A DNA stretch of 64,000 nucleotides from Octopus sinensis. Its lineage: Eukaryota. A program made the position numbers and the translations under genes. The notes below the pieces were generated by a model. The model did no database searches. It was given only the letters and a program-made list of their open reading frames with translations, and was not told where the DNA came from. Below, piece by piece: positions 12,255 to 25,845 of the stretch. Every line of letters starts with the position of its first letter. Position 1 is the first letter of the stretch. The DNA lies in contig NC_043003.1 in assembly GCF_006345805.1 (NCBI RefSeq), positions 23,560,001 through 23,624,000 of the forward strand. The letters are read 5' to 3'.

Positions 12255-12255
12255 C

Positions 12256-12302
<47 letters not shown>

Positions 12303-12575
12303 TATATGTACATATGGATGTAATAAAATATAAGCATGTATATCGACCGCATATGTAATAGAATACATACATTTATTTTTATACATATACATATATTTCT
12401 ATATTCATATGAAACCGAGGAATTCGACAGCAATGCCGCAGTTCATAAAGGAACTTCTTAACTTTACTTTGCTAGTTTAAATGTTCCAATCAATGTATTT
12501 CTTTATGCTTGAAAGACATGTTTGTTGATCTGACTGTATGCAGTTTACGTAAAATAGACTGCCTATTCTTAAAGA

Positions 12576-12606
<31 letters not shown>

Positions 12607-12770
12607 AATATATATATATATATAATATATATATGTAGTGCTTTATAAACTATACACAGTTACTTACATATGTTTATTTATATATATGTGTGTGTCTGTG
12701 TCTGTTGTCTGTGTGTCTGTGTACACATATATGTATACATAGGTTTTATAGATGTGTGTATATATATATG

Positions 12771-12814
<44 letters not shown>

Positions 12815-12921
12815 TATACATACATCTATAAATATATATATATACATGCACAAACACACACATACACCCACACATGAATATGTGTGGGCGCGCGTGTGTG
12901 TATGTATTTATATATATATAT

Positions 12922-13150
12922 GAAGGCGCATGTCTTAGTGGTTAGACTGTTGCACCCACGACTGGGATATCGTGGGTTCGATTACCACACTGGGCGTTGC
13001 GTTGTGTTCTTGAGCAAAGCCTGTCATTTCACGCATGTCTGTAGTCATTTTGTCTGACATTTGGCACATGGTGTACCCGTACAGCTAACATCGATTTAAT
13101 GGAGAGAGTGAACTTATGTTAACAGAAACATCTGATCACTATAAACAAAG
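12922..13150 (+). mobile_element. CORE-like tRNA SINE with a further tail type
   Basis: GTCTTAGTGGTTAG (A box), GGGTTCGATTACC (B box), GTGTTCTTGAGCAAAG (CORE-like). Confidence 0.7.
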
Positions 13151-13994
13151 AATTTTAATATTTCAAAAGCTGACCCTGGCATATGATTGAGGTACCAATG
13201 CAAACTCGCTGTCTGTAGAAATTCTACGCGGAAGAAAAAGAAGAGAGGGAACTTACTGACGGAATATGTCTCCGTTTCGAGGATGCTGCTCGGTGAAAAT
13301 ACATCTGGTAAACTTCTCCAAGCAAATACATGAACAAATTATAAGCGGTCACAAATTAACCTAGTGAGGTAGTGGAGCTCCTCATATGCAAGCCTTTGCT
13401 GTATCCATTACCCCTTTTTTTTTATCCATTACACCTTATATTCAACCGGAAATAAGGTTATACATTACAAAGCCTCGCAGGGTGTGAAATCAGAATGAAA
13501 TCAGTAGATAGCATTTGTAATATTTTTTTTCAGAGTAAAAGTAATTGTAAAGCTTTTTAAAATTTAAACTGTAAAGCCTTGCTTTAGATCGTCAGTTGAT
13601 GATTTTATGCAGGTTTTAGGAGTTGCCCCTTATTCGTTATTCTCATGCGATAATTTCTATTGTATACAAGTGCATGTTTCCTTCTTCTATGTTCACAGTA
13701 AATATATTACTTCCCCTCGTATTAGAAAAAGGTGTCGTTATTACTGCGACAATTGTTGTCTTCCAAACAGATAGCTAGCTAGATTGTTTAATTGATTAAT
13801 TGATTGATCGATTGATTGAACGATTGATTGATTGATTGACTGAGTGATACAGACAGATATACAGAGAGACTAACAGACTAAACACACATACATACATACA
13901 TACTGACAGACAGACAGACAAACAAACAAACACATGGACGGACGAAGGACCGACATATATATATATACAGACATACATACAGAGAGTCAGCCAA

Positions 13995-14061
<67 letters not shown>

Positions 14062-14365
14062 TACAGACTGATACGAAATTAGATAGACAGTCATACAGAC
14101 AGATCTACTGACGTATACAGATATACATGTGGGTAGGTAGATAGAAACAGAGAAAGTATAGATATATAAATACATAGGAAGAGAAACAGAGAAATAAAAA
14201 GATAGATACACAGATGAGAAGGCAGATAGTTCTCGAAAAATAAAAGGGGAAAAAAACGAGTCATTCTTTGTAAGTTTTCTTAAGAAAATTTTCTGTACAG
14301 AAATTTATATTGTTTTTACACGACGTAATAAGCTCAAGAAGTTTACAAAATATTCTGCTATGTCG

Positions 14366-14405
<40 letters not shown>

Positions 14406-14598
14406 TGCTATACTGAAATATATAATATATATATATATATATAATATATATAATCAGAGAAAGAGAGACAGGCTGTTGCTATATACTATATATGCGTCGG
14501 TATGTGCGTATGTGTGCACCTATATACCTACACAAAAATCCAAATTCATAGTAACAGAGAGAGGTGGGAGTAAGTGTAAGAGACATTATAATGTAGAT

Positions 14599-14945
14599 CA
14601 GGCCTTCTCAACCATTTATATCTATGGACCCCTTTGATTACTATTTTATGTTGGCGGAACCCCAAGAGCCATTCGATATTTAAAATCTTGTTTTATAGAA
14701 ATTTATTTCAAAATTACTATTTTGTTTTCCGTCATTCGCTTGTGTAGTTTTGACTATGTAAAACATTAGTGGAAGAAGTCTAATAGTTTCTTGCAATGCA
14801 TACCGACACATACATCTACAGCGAAACTTTTTCAGGGCCCTTTAAATATTACTAGGGATCCCCAATTTCTTATTTTGCTACGTGGACCACCAGAAATTTT
14901 ATACGGACGCTCAGGAAACATATGGATCCCGGTTGAGAACATCTG
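14599..14945. mobile_element. hAT-superfamily MITE
   Basis: TIRs CAGGCCTTCTCAACC / GGTTGAGAACATCTG; 8-bp TSD ATGTAGAT (14591-14598) / ATGTAGAC (14946-14953). Confidence 0.8.
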
Positions 14946-15639
14946 ATGTAGACCCGCCGCTCTGATAGAATCGTTCACTACACCGTACATAGTGCTCAAC
15001 TGCATTTCGCTTGTCTTTACTTTCTGAGCTCAAATTCAGCCAAGTTTGCCCTTCAACCGTTTCAGGATCGATACATTAAGTACCTGATGAGTATACTACA
15101 AAATTTCAGGCCTTGCGCCTATAGCAGAAAGAATTGTTATATCGACCAAGAGCATGATGTGTTTTATGACCGGAATAATTATCACTTTGTTTAATTGATA
15201 TATAGGTGTATATACTCAGCAAAGAATTAAATAAAAGAAGGTAAAACGATATTGAAATAAAATAATCATTTCATAGATCAAAATACCTATTAGTTTTATT
15301 CCATTATACAACATTATATATAAAAAACAAAATTAATAAAACACAGAGAGGAAATTTCAACAGTCACTGTTTATGTAATATAATAAATTTAGTGGATTTA
15401 ATGTTTCATAACTGAGATGCCTTTGGGATTATCGTAGTGTAGCTGATTGACTTTCAACGGCATAAATATGTGCCGGTAGATTCCAGACTCTACAGGGCTC
15501 GGCATATAACCCACCATGTGTGAACACCGTAGTGAGGTGAGATATCGAGGTAAAAACAGTGATAGAGATAGATTTTAAAAATAGATAGGCAGAGAAACAA
15601 GCGGATAGATAGATAGATAGATAGATAGACACACAGAGG

Positions 15640-15679
<40 letters not shown>

Positions 15680-16429
15680 AAGAGATAGGGAACGAAAGGT
15701 AGAGAGCGATGCACGGCATTTCTTATTGTAAAGAAACTTATCAAAATTCAACTGAGAAAATAAATATTTACTCGTATACGTTCTGGAGAGAAAATTAAAG
15801 AACGGTGATACATTTTATTTCCATTTTGTAATAAACTTATCTTAAAAGTAATTTTTTCTCTATTTGTGAAAGTTGTAAATTAATATATTTCAAGATCTTG
15901 TTGAGAAATTATATATGCGTGCGTCGAAGTACATACATAGTTACAAGAACACATACATGCAAATATAAATATGTACAAACGCACATATATACAAAGTGTG
16001 AGAGAGAGCGTGTTTATTGAATAAAAGACCAAATAAAAGAACGCAGTCGCTGCATGGGGTATGTTTGTGTATGCGTGTGTGTGTGTGTGTGTGTGTGGTG
16101 TGTCTGTGAGTCTGTATGTATATATACAGAACGGCATTCAGAAGGAGAGTGAGAAGGCGGGGCTGTTGCGGAAAATACCAGAAACTATGTTACAGAAGGA
16201 CAGATTTCACAAAAACTGTAATAATGATTAAACGAAATATTCAAGAGAAATCTAAGGTAACTTGATCGAATGTCACATCTCATATATTACACAGAAAATA
16301 ATATCGGAGAATTTGAGGTTAAGGCCAATAATTCACGGCGATTCACTATCTTAACTGTCAAGAGAAAATTGCTTAGATCAACGTCTCCCTTTAAAGAAAA
16401 CACATGTGGAAAAAGTTAGGGTAGACAGC

Positions 16430-16445
16430 TGACGTCATATAAATA
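16430..16445 (+). promoter_or_regulatory. Palindromic CRE site TGACGTCA abutting TATAAATA; candidate promoter
   Basis: Motif match only, in non-repetitive DNA. TAGACGCTCA is repeated at ~16444 and ~16478. Confidence 0.25.
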
Positions 16446-17229
16446 GACGCTCAGAGAAAGTCACATGTCGGGTTAAGTAGACGCTCATTTAAAACAGCTA
16501 TAAAAGCAGTATAAAAAATGTTGAGATATAGAACCAACGGTAATCCTATTTCGTTGTTGAAACCTATATAGAAGCGAAGAAAGAAGGAAAACTAGAACAA
16601 TAAAATGGTATGACACAAAAAGGTAAAAATTACTGTGATAGCCAGTTATATACCCGTTGCAAAGGAACTCAAATTAGCTACGCTGCCTACTATGATCGTA
16701 AATTTAACAGAAAAGCCATTTAATACTCTCACAAAGAAATATAAAAGAATCAATTAGTTCTTCAAAAGCATAATTGTGCTGCTCATATGGGAAACGTGTA
16801 GTAAATTAAGGACACGTTTTATATTTGGGCTTAGCAACAACAAATGTGATACAAAGAAACAGAACGTAGCTCCGAATTTAACGTCTAAAAATGTGGCTAT
16901 TTTTACCAGAAGCATCTGATTTTCTCCCATAAAATAAGCTCTTTTTAAAAGGTAAATGTTTGCCTTGACTTACAAGGTAATCAATTGTCGAAATTTAATT
17001 AGCCAGTCGTCCCAATGAGTTAGACTGTTTACTTTAAACACTCCGGCGGAATTTATGGGTATACTATACATCAAAAAGGAGAGCCTACGATATTTCGATA
17101 TTGTTAAGCTTCAATGCGTTTCTTGGCAATGCTAACTAATTTCTTTAAGACAGAAAAAAATACCTCGTGTCCTGACGAAAAAGTGGTAAGCCCTAAAAAG
17201 TGGCACAAAGGATGCAAACTGAATTCCTT

Positions 17230-17274
<45 letters not shown>

Positions 17275-17394
17275 CATATATACATATATATATGTATATA
17301 TACACATATGTATGCGTGTATATGTGTGGTGTATGTGCGCGTATGTGTGCGTATGTATGCATGTGTGCGAAGTTCATTGATATGTGCATGTATG

Positions 17395-17429
<35 letters not shown>

Positions 17430-18306
17430 GAATATACATGTATATCTATATACATATTCATATTTGTGTGTACGTGTGTTTGTTGAGCGTGCGTATGTGT
17501 ATACAGAGATATAGACAGCTAGACAGAGAGATAGATAGATAGATAGATAGCTAGATAGATAGATAGATAGATAGATAGAAAAAACATCTACAGAGAGGCA
17601 CACACATATGTGTAAGTAAGTGTGCGTAAAAGTTTAGTGCAAAATCGCTCTGTGAATAAGTATCATTATAGTTTTACTAATGATGTAATAATCGATTTTA
17701 TGCGTCGTATGCTTTAGATGTGTTTGTCAACCATATATAATTCTGTTGTTATTGATATATCTTAGATATATAAAATACACCACTGGAAAAAATCAAAGGG
17801 CGTTATTGACATTAAAATTTTATGATGCTAATAATCATTCAGAAGTTAGAGCATTAAAAATGTTTTCAATAATCAAAAATATTTCAATGATATAGAAATT
17901 CCATGTAATGGCTAGAATTTTGTGAGACTACATATACGTATAGACACACGTTATAGAGCCTTGCGCGCACGCACAGAGAGACACACAGACACACACCGAC
18001 ACAGAATCAGACACACACACACTCACACACATGCAATTTGTCATCGATGTACTTGGAGCAGAATTTCTCGCTCCTTTGAGAAAAGAAATAAGATTTGATA
18101 AATTGTACGTTCCTTCCAAGTATGTACAATATGTCACAATGGATAGCTCCAGCTCCGTTTCGATGAAGCTGACAAATGATTACAACGTTGTATCCAAGAA
18201 TATTGCATCTTATTTTAAGGAGGCAATATATCCAGGACGATAGTGTCTGATGCGGCGTGATTGTAAATGAGTAAAGACATTTTGAATCGATCACTTTACA
18301 GATTAC

Positions 18307-18435
18307 CTTTACAGATTTCCTATATGAATTGTAGCCAGGACTGATTTTGTTTCGAGGTTTCGTATCCGAGGCGATCGATGTAAACAAAAACAATGAGATT
18401 AAAGATGAAAAATAGACGGTGGGAATATATAACAT
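18307..18435 (-). CDS. Candidate first coding exon with signal-peptide-like N-terminus (MLYIPTVYFSSLISLFLFTSIASDTKPRNKISPGYNSYRKSVK)
   Basis: ATG at 18435, hydrophobic core, AAG|GTAATC donor at 18307/18306, and TATAAAA ~120 nt upstream on the same strand. No homology recognised. Confidence 0.25.
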
Positions 18436-18721
18436 ATTCCAGGAGATTTTTCTCCTTAATCGGTAGCTATCCAATCTTTTAATAATCTACAAATCCACTG
18501 ACCGAATAGTCGCCAAACGCAACCGTGTAACGCCACAGGAAATACCGATTTTATATATTAATGAGATTCCTGGAAACCGGTACGTAAATATTGATGACGT
18601 GTACGGACACCGTATTTCGGCATGTAACCATAACATACTCCAAAGTATATTACACGTTTCTAAAAGTCAATACTCTGCCTTACATCATATGTGATATATT
18701 CTTTTCTGCACTAGGCTAATG

Positions 18722-19552
18722 TTTCTTATCTCTTTATTGCCCACAAGGGGCTAAACATAGAGGGGGCATATAAAGGGATTAAGTCGATTACATCGACCCC
18801 AGTGCGTAACTGGTACTTTATTTATCGACCCCGAAAGGATGAAAGGCAAAGTCGACCTCGGGGAAATTTGAACTCAGAACGTAGCGACAGACGAAATACC
18901 TAATTCTTTACTACCCACAAGGGGCTAAACATAGAGGGGACAAACAAAGACAGTCAAACGGATTAAGTCGATTACATCGACTCCAGTGAGTAACTGGTAT
19001 TTAATTTATCGACCCCGAAAGGATGAAAGGCAAAGTCGGCCTCGGCGGAATTTGAACTCAGAACGTAACGACAGACGAAATACCGCTAAGCATTTCGCTC
19101 GGCGTGCTAAAGTTTCTGCCTGCTCGCCGCCTTAGAAGTGCGAATATTCTTATCTACTCTTGCCTCAGGGCCCGAAATGTAGATCGAATCCAGTATGCAG
19201 CTGATATTTAATTTAACGACACCGAAATGATGAAAAACAAAGTCCATATCGGCGGAATTTCAACTCAGAACCTAAAACAGACGAAATACCACCAAGCATT
19301 TCGCCCGGCATGCTAAGCTTTCTGTAAGGTCGCTGCCTTAGAAGTGCGAATTTTCTTTTCTACTTTACTTTGGGGAGGTGGCCAGTCAATTAGATCGACC
19401 CCAGTACGCTACTGGTACTTGATTTATCGATTCCGAAACGATGAAAGGCAAAGTCGACCTCGACGGAATTTGAACTCAGAACGTAAAGACAGACGAAATA
19501 TCGGTAAGCATTTTGCCCGGCGTGCTAACATTTTTGACAGCTCGCCACCTTC
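18722..19552 (-). mobile_element. Four head-to-tail copies of SINE family B (tRNA head, Nin/Deu-like central domain)
   Basis: Repeated GGCGGCGAGCTGGCAG...GAGTTCAAATTCCGCCGAGGTCGACTTTGCCTTTCATCCTTTCGGGGTCGAT at ~18722-18900, 18901-19133, 19165-19340 and 19375-19552. The Nin/Deu assignment is from recalled consensus, not an alignment. Confidence 0.85.
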
Positions 19553-20359
19553 TTTTTCTGAGGATGTTATGGCTGCATAATGAAAGATGGTATACCTACA
19601 TGTCATTAATATTTTGATTTGAATCTTACTACTACTTAGACTACGTATATTCATTTCTTTCTCATTCAACTTCTTCTCACAAGCAGTAATTCCGCCACTA
19701 TTCACTTCAATCAGAATCTCCGGAAGAAGCCAAAATTTGGAAATTTTTCTCATACATATATACACACTCACAGGCAGACACACACGGCCACATGCATATG
19801 TGAGTGTCTGTATGTCCTTGCGCATATACAGTTTCAGGAATAGAACAAAAGATGCCGAGTGGAATACCTTTCAATCGTGTTAACTTAAGTTCAATCTGAA
19901 TCAAACGAACGACAGCATAGACAAAAATATTTGCATAAAATATTTTCTATGTACCCAATCCAAACAGCATTAAATTAAAACTGCAAACTGTGTATCGTAT
20001 ATATTCTGAAATATCGGTGTATGTATTATTTACTGTCTCTTATTTATTCAAGTGAGAAATTTCACTTAAGTATGTTACAGTTGATAAGGCCACGAAATGC
20101 GCCTGGCTGTCTCATGTGTACCTCTGAGACGATGTTTGCTTCAATTCGATATATATACTGTTTCTAATGCAATGCGCATATGGAGAGAATTTCCTTTATG
20201 CAGAAATCACAGCACCATGCATTTAAATGGTGTATATTGACTACATATTATACACAAGTGACTGTCTCTGTACAATAATTCGAATGGAAATGGGAATCTT
20301 TTCAATTACCTATCAGAAGTGATACTATTAGCTTTAATGTTTACATAGCTGCAGGGTTT

Positions 20360-20465
<106 letters not shown>

Positions 20466-20533
20466 TGTGTGTCTATATATATATGTATATATGTATGTAT
20501 ATATATATAAATCTATCTATGTATATAGGTATA

Positions 20534-20593
<60 letters not shown>

Positions 20594-20769
20594 TCGCATT
20601 TGTATTTGGTTTGCAAGAATCTTGATGTGTGTTCGAGTCCTGATAGAAATACTATTGAACCTTGGGGAGAGAGGCATTATACCGGTAATAATAAACACAC
20701 GCACTGGTTAGGGAGATTGCTAGTTAACGAGTTATTTACAACTGGTAATTATTTTATACACCTCGAAAT

Positions 20770-20884
20770 GTAGGTGAGGCAAAGTCGAACTCCCCGAAAT
20801 TTGAACTTCGAACACGAAGACGGACGAAATGACAGCAAACATTTCCTTCCGCATGTGAACGATTCTGCTAGCTCACCGCCTTAG
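20770..20884 (-). mobile_element. SINE family B 5' fragment
   Basis: AAGGCGGTGAGCTAGCAGAATCGTT...GTTCAAATTTCGGGGAGTTCGACTTTGCC on the minus strand. Confidence 0.75.
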
Positions 20885-21651
20885 TCGCCATTAATATTAC
20901 TTTAGTATAACTTAAAGGACCGTTAAGATACTTTACATATATTACTCTCATTATAATATTTATAAATGTGCTTCTGTCAAACTGTCCCGCCATACATATG
21001 TCTATTGTAATTCTATATTAATGTATGATTGATAGAGTACTCATGTTGCCATATTATAGATATTTTATTTGATTACGTTAGAGTAAGTGTTATCTGGTAC
21101 TGAATACATGAAAACTGAAAGTTGTGTATTGCATGTTATCTGATAAAATTTATTTTATCATATTGATTGATTTCAGGAGTTGTTTAGGTACTTTTGAAAT
21201 TACCAGTGTTCATATGTAAATTTACGTAGCAAATTCCAGTGCGAATAATTAAATTCCATGCATCTTGTTAGTATCATCATGAGGAACTTGTCATGTTTTA
21301 TGGGAAGTATAACTCAGCAAATCTAATGAAGTTAGGGAAATGAGATGAATGGCAGAATGTCTGTGGTTTGCCTACTAATAGCTACAGAAACTAGACTAAA
21401 AGCAAACACCCACACACAGGCACGCACGCACATACACACACACACGCATGCACAAACACACACACACACACACGCAAATTCCTTTATACAAAGATACAAC
21501 AGACATATTCCTCGAAATTTTCACTTACACGCTGTCTTCGGATAAATTCATGCATGGTGACAACGTGCAAGAGGAGTCTTCGAATCGAGTGGAAACATTC
21601 TCCTTGTATTCAATTATCATTAACTGTATTCTAAAACATTAATATATGATG

Positions 21652-21704
<53 letters not shown>

Positions 21705-22000
21705 TATGTGACTACACATAAAACAATATCATTGATGATGATGGTGGTGATGGTGATGGTGATGATGATAATGATGATGGTAATGGTGGTGATAATGATG
21801 ATAGTGATAATAATGGTGATGATAATAACAATAATAAGCCGACTACGGCTGCTATAATGGTACGATTATAATTGTAACGGCAATGATGGCCGTCTCCCCA
21901 CGAGCCAACCAAAGCTAAAAAATGATAACATTATCGTAGCACCAAAATGTTTTTGGAAACAAAAAGGAAAACTAAATCAGTATACCAAATCGCTTGTCCT

Positions 22001-25000
22001 ATGGTTAATCTGGAAGCGCGACCCCAGGGAAGAGCCAGCCTGGGATCGAAAAGTCATCAACTGGCACAAACTCTTCTCCGAATACGGACATGGATGGTCA
22101 CTTGAACGGGAAATCCCCCAACTCGAGCCCTCCAAGTTCACCACCACAACCACCACAGAAAGAAAAATGTAAGCGGAACAAATGGACCCGAGAAGAGTAT
22201 AAAGAAGTAATATACGCTTATTACTATGCATTAGGTAGGCCATCTCAAGAGAGACACACCGCAAACTCTTACAGTATATGGAGAACACGGAATCAAGACA
22301 GTAGGCCCTATTTGGACGAGAACAAATTAGCAAATGTGAAGAGGGATATCCTTAGAAATAACAGACTCACAGCCAGTGAAATAAGTGCGATCAAGCACGC
22401 AACGGAAAATGACATAAATATAAGACACAAAGGAAATGAAGAATCAGATGAACAGTATAGCCCGCCACGAGGCTTAATTGAAAGACTGCCATCTGACCAA
22501 AGTACGCAAAGGCATGAAGATACAAGAAATTCTATTGTACCTGTTAAAGATAGCCAGGAAAACGAAAAAAACAACAGTAACTGAAGATCTCGCATTTGCT
22601 GAAGAACACAGAGAGTCTATGGCAGAAATGAGGCAGAAAATCCTGAATACACTTGAAGTTGTAAGACATACAAGTATGAATGATAGAGAACCACTTCATA
22701 AACTCTCAAATACAAACCAAAATAAAAGACAAATCCAAATTGGCAACTATGTAACAAATGAAATAATACGAGAATTAAAACCTGATTTTACTGAGTTAAA
22801 TGAAATTATTTACGCTTCTGCTAGGGCAATTGAAACCAGCTGTATGCCCCCGAAAAAACAAAGAAAACAAAACCTGGGAAGAAATCAAACCTGGAGAAGT
22901 AAAATTGAAAAAGAGATTGAATTTATGAGAGGGAAAATATCAATATTAAATGAACTAATATGTGGAAATGATGTAAGATCCAGAACAGGAAGAAAGATGA
23001 AGAGAAAATTTGGATCCTCACCAAGAGAAGAACTGATATCAATAAAAGAAACGCTGAAACAAAAAGTCCAAGCAAAAGCCCAAAGAATACGAAGATTTGA
23101 GAAGAGAAACAAGTTTTACAAGCAAAATAAGCTGTTCACATCCAATGCCAAAAAATTCTACAGAGAAATAGGGAAGGAGAAAGTAACCGTTAAAGACCCC
23201 CCTCCCATGGAAGAAGTTCAAAACTTTTGGAAAAGTATTTGGAGTGACAAGAAGACATACAACATAAATGCAGACTGGATTATACAAACTGAAGGATCCT
23301 ACCAAAATTTACAACAAGCATGGGAAGACATCACAATAGCAGACCTAAGAAAGGCACTCACGAATGCCCATAATTGGAAATCCCCCGGTAAAGATAGGGT
23401 GCCGAATTTCTGGCCCGCATCGCCCCCATGCGCACACGGTAAGCTAGTTCAGCTGCTCAATGGAATTATGAGAGACCCAAAGAAAACACCTGAATGGTTA
23501 GCAAGTGGCATTACTTACCTACTCCCAAAGAATAACGAAACCAACCTTCCAAAAAACTATCGGCCTATAACCTGTCTATCCACCACGTATAAAATCCTAA
23601 CATCTATCCTGGCGGAGAAAACATATGCATTCATGGAGAAGAACGATATTTTCCCCATTGAACAAAAAGGGTGCCGCCGAGGCTCTTACGGATGCAAAGA
23701 TCAACTGCTAATCAATCGTATGATCCTTGAGAACTGTCACAACAAGCGCAGAAATCTCAGCACCGCATGGATTGACTATAAAAAGGCCTTCGACAGTATA
23801 CCGCATCCATGGATCTTGAGATCGCTGGACATCTTCAAAATTTCCCCTGTGATTTCAAACTTCCTGAAGCACAATATGTCGTTGTGGAATACGAATCTCC
23901 AATTATACCACTCAAATGGAGTACTTGCCTCAGAAAATATAAACATCAACTGTGGAATTTTTCAAGGTGACTCACTTTCACCTTTAATATTCTGCATAGC
24001 CCTAATACCCCTTACAAGTGAATTAAACAGAACAGGGTATGGGTATAAAATTGCCAATAAAAAAATAAGCCATCTATTTTATATGGATGACTTAAAACTT
24101 TATGGTAAAGACAATAATGAACTTGAAGGCCTATTGCGCACTGTGAAAGCATTCAGCGATGACATCGGGATGGAGTTTGGACTTGAGAAGTGTGCCAAGG
24201 CCACTTTCCAGAAAGGGAAAGTGAAGACCACAAATTCAGTCGTGTTAGATGTTGACACAGTCATAAGAGAGCTTGAGCAAGAACAAACATACAAATATTT
24301 AGGGATAAATGAAGGCTCTGGTATTCAGCATGCAAGCATGAAAGAGAAGATCAGGAAGGAATGTTATAGGAGAGTTCGTGCAGTCCTGAAATCTGAACTA
24401 AATGCACGTAACAAGGTGTTAGCTATAAATTCCTTAGCAGTTCCAGTTGTTACTTATAGCTACAATGTGTTGAACTGGAATATGAGTGAAGTAAAAAATA
24501 TAGATAGGAAAATACGCAAGCTGCTGAGTTGTAATAGGATGCACCACCCAAAGGCAGACGTAGATCGCCTTTACCTTCCCAGAGCCCAAGGAGGTCGAGG
24601 CCTGATCCAATTTGAACTAGCTTACAAAACAACCACAATTGGACTGGCCAAATATCTCGAAATATCGAATGACTGGATGCTAAAACTAGTGGAAAATCAC
24701 GAGAGACGAAAGAAGCTTCGTTCTATCATAAAGGAAAGCAAAAAATTTGCTATTGATCTCGTGCAGGATACCCAAACAGAACAACCCGAGGGAAGTACGG
24801 AAATTATTGTTGCAAAGAAGGTGAAAATAATGGCAACGAAAAAAGCGCACGAGCAATTGGCTGATAGGTGGGAGGAGAAACCTCTGCACGGCAAATATGT
24901 GACCCGCAGCAAACAAGCTGATGTTGACCAGAAGCAAACCCATCAGTGGCTACGGAGCTCAGGGCTAAAAGCAGGGAGCGAAGGTTTCATCCTGGCTGCT

Positions 25001-25796
25001 CAAGATCAAAGCCTATTAACCCGGAACTACCAGGCCAATGTGATGAAAAATTGAGCAGACCCAAAATGCCGATTCTGCAACGACATGATTGAAATAGTGG
25101 ACCACCTAATCTCTGGATGTAAAGTCTTAGCTCCAGTGGAGTATAAATTAAGACATGACAGAGTTGGCCAATATCTACACTGGCTAATAAGTCGGCATTA
25201 CAATATCAAAACTGCCGACAAGTGGTATAATCACCACCCTGAGGCTGTAACTGAAGGAGAAAATGTAACCATTCTGTGGGACTTTCCAATACATACAGAC
25301 CGAACCATCAAGGCCAATAAACCAGATATTGTTGTGAAAGACCAAAACAATAAAGTTTGCTTATTGATCGACATGAGCATCCCCTGTGATCATAATATCT
25401 CAGCGAAAGAGTTTGACAAGCTCAGAAAATATAAAGACCTACTCATTGAAATTGAGAAAATGTGGCATCTCAAGGCGGTTACAATACCAGTGACCGTAGG
25501 AGCACTAGGAATGATCAAGAAGGGAACCGAAAATTATATGAGAATGATCCCTGGCTTACCATCCCTGCAAGAAGTGCAAAAGATTGTCTTAACTGGTACA
25601 TCACACGTATTGAGAAGAGCATTGTCGATGTGAGAACTGTTGCTGCTCATGTATTTTAATTTAACTTTAAAAAAAAAATGAACGAACTATTGAGTTTGGT
25701 TTAATGGCCTACCAATGTATACTATGAGTTTCTTTGCCCTAGGAGTCGGGAAGACACTCGGCAAGAAATGGAAGCAAATTTGAAAGAAGAAAAAAA

Positions 25797-25797
<1 letters not shown>
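22001..25797 (+). mobile_element. Near-full-length R4/Dong-clade RLE-type non-LTR retrotransposon between (TAA)n arrays
   Basis: Single disrupted ORF, ~165-bp 3' UTR and (TAA)n tail from 25798. A (TAA)n tract lies upstream at ~21650-21705. The true 5' boundary is uncertain. Confidence 0.93.
22090..25633 (+). pseudogene. Dong/R4 polyprotein: N-terminal domain, reverse transcriptase, CCHC knuckle, PD-(D/E)xK restriction-like endonuclease
   Basis: RT motifs KSPGKDRV, NYRPITCL, EQKGCRRG, WIDYKKAFDS, GIFQGDSLSP and YMDD; CRFC-x8-H-x4-C; RHD, KPDIVV, LIDMSIP and KLRKYKDL. One frameshift near the A-run at ~22560-22584 and one in-frame TGA at 25052-25054 separate the three track ORFs. Confidence 0.93.

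Positions 25798-25844
<47 letters not shown>

Positions 25845-25845
<1 letters not shown>

Noticed and set aside
18007-18474. 155-aa minus-strand ORF as a whole gene
   Set aside because: It starts at TTG, ends in a (TG)n tract and has no recognised domain. Only the first 43 codons are kept, as a weak exon candidate.
18722-19552. CRISPR-like array
   Set aside because: The units are long diverged SINEs in eukaryotic DNA, with no repeat-spacer structure or cas genes.
21836-22000. HDV-like ribozyme in the Dong 5' UTR
   Set aside because: Expected from related clades, but I could not build the P1/P3/L3 nested pseudoknot by eye.
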